From: Cyanophora paradoxa CCMP329
Taxonomy: Eukaryota; Plantae; Glaucophyta
DNA length: 64,000 nucleotides
NCBI GenBank assembly: GCA_004431415.1
Contig: QPMI01000483.1
Location: forward strand, 328,556-392,555
Direction of reading: 5' to 3'
Under the pieces are notes generated by a model. That model ran no database searches and was not told the DNA's origin. It saw only the letters and a program-made list of their open reading frames with translations. The translations under genes and the position numbers were made by a program. Shown piece after piece: positions 62,501-64,000 of the stretch (positions are counted from its first letter, which is position 1; each line of letters opens with the position of its first letter).

Positions 62501-63826
62501 GGCGCCTGCGGCGGGGGCGGCCGGAGCCGGCGCGGAGGGGCGGCGGCGGAGGGCGGCGAGGGCCCGCGAAGAAGCGCAAGCGGAGCCGGCGCGCCCGAGC
62601 GGCCCGCCTCTCGGCGCGGGCCCCCGTCTGAGGGGCGCGGCAGGGCGCGGAAGGCGGACCCAACGGACCCGAAGGCACCACGGCGACCGGCCCCGCGGCG
62701 CCGGCGCGGCGCCGCCGTCGCCAGCGACTCGAGCGGGGGCGAGGGCGACGGCGCGGGCGGAGCCGGGAGGGCGGGGCCGGGGAGGGCGGGGCGGAGGAGG
62801 AGGAGGTGACGGAGGCGGACCTGCTCGCCATCGCCGAGGCGCTCGGCGCCGAGGAGGAGGCGGCGGCGGCGGCCGGCGAGGCCCCCGCCCCGCCCGACCC
62901 GCCCGCATCCTCCTCGGCCGCCGCCCCGGCCGCGAGGGGCCGCGGGGGCGGCGCGGGAGGCGCGCGGCGGCCGCCGGCAGCGAAGAGGAGCTGGAGGAGG
63001 CGGAGGCGGCGCGGCCAGCGGCGGCGCGGCGGGTCGCCCGCGCAAGCAGAGCGCGGAGGCGCAGGGCCGAGGAGGGCGCGGGCGCTGCGGGGCCCCGGCG
63101 GGGGCCGCGGTGCCGGCGGGGGCGGGGCGGCGGGGCGGGGGCGCCGAGGGAGGAGGAGATGGACGTGGAGGCGGCCCTCGCCCTCGCCGAGGCCGAGCCC
63201 GAGGCCCCGCCCCGCCCGCCCCGGCCCCGGCCCCGGCCCCCGCCCCGGCCCCGGCGGAGCGGGAGGGGGCGCGAGCGCGGTGGCGAGGGCGGCGGAGCGG
63301 TTCCGGGCGGCGCGGGAGACGCTGGAGGAGGAGGAGAGCCTTAGCCGGAGCCGGAGCCTCGGCCTCTCCCAGGCCCCCTCCCTCGGCCCCGCCCCGCCCC
63401 GGCCGCCGAGCCCGAGGCGGCCCCGGCGGGCGCCGACGACGTGCTCGAGCGCTTCCTCGCCTCCTCCCGCCGCCGCCGCCCCGCCCCGCCGAGCCGGCCC
63501 CCGCCCCGGCCCCGGCCCCGGCCCCGGCGGCGGGGCTGGAGCGGGCACCGTCGGCGGTGGCGCGGTTCACGGCGGCGGCGGCGGCGGCGGCGGCGCTGCG
63601 GCCGCCGGCGGAGGACCCGACGGCCGCCCTCGTGGCGATCGCCCGCCAGGTGCCCCTCGCTGCGCCCCCGCCCCCGGCCGGCTCTGGCGCGCCGCAGCTG
63701 ATGCGGCGAGCGGCGGGGCGGGGGTCAGGCGGGGAAGGGCGTCTCGAGCCTGCGGGAGCGCCTCGCGGCCGTCGGGCGCGGCCTCCCGGGGGCGGCCCCG
63801 GCGGCGGGGCCCCTGGCCCGCCCTGA
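59568..63826 (+). CDS. P-loop kinase-like + HAD-like + SWIM zinc-finger protein with a disordered tail containing RKLPSWM
   Basis: VHGAPYTGKTWL; LFVDPDALL...RPPRPGLF...RDLAAAAAAAGL; TARCQGS...VYELRL...SACTC...ACKHLYALL. The 3' end is approximate. Confidence 0.65.
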
Positions 63827-64000
63827 CCCACTGACGCCGCGCCACGTGTACAGTCCGGCGGTCCATGTCTCATTCGAAATCGAAATACAACAGCTCACTG
63901 CCGACGGTCGCTTCACCCACGCTCACCAGCCGCCGGAGCCGACGGGGGAAGGGGAGTCGGAGAAAGGGAAGGGGGGGGGGGGGGGGGGGGGGGGGGGGGG

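Noticed and set aside
1-64000. tRNA or rRNA genes
   Set aside because: None recognisable by eye; a covariance-model scan would be needed to exclude them.

Overview
Eukaryotic nuclear DNA that is very GC-rich and dense in short introns, so most long ORFs in the supplied track are frame artefacts. A green-type Rubisco activase with an MAF- transit peptide points to a glaucophyte-like alga (inference). Spliced genes, left to right: RPGRIP1L-like (runs off the left edge); two near-identical inverted copies of a secreted IPT/CUB gene flanking an F-box-PP2C pseudophosphatase; HYPK; a 10-kb TIR-TIR-TM-ectodomain-FN3 receptor-like gene with a bacterial TIR-WD40-type linker; an ARM-repeat gene; a gene with five CEP164-type WW modules plus IQ motifs; a 5.77-kb Ginger2/Tdd-type DNA transposon; a PPR gene; a coiled-coil/EF-hand gene; a WDR62/MAPKBP1-like gene; a USP relic; rca; and a P-loop kinase-HAD-SWIM protein with a Ku-binding-like motif. 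The transposon has 145-bp TIRs, a 5-bp TSD, an internally deleted integrase, an unknown cargo gene and GGGCACG motif arrays in its non-coding parts. Best candidates for new biology: (1) transposon cargo protein plus motif arrays (possible VANC-like anti-silencing or accessory system), (2) the inverted-topology tandem-TIR receptor, (3) the PNKP-like/SWIM/KBM putative NHEJ factor, (4) the F-box pseudophosphatase inside a potentially invertible cassette. All domain calls come from motif recognition by eye, and exon boundaries are manual.
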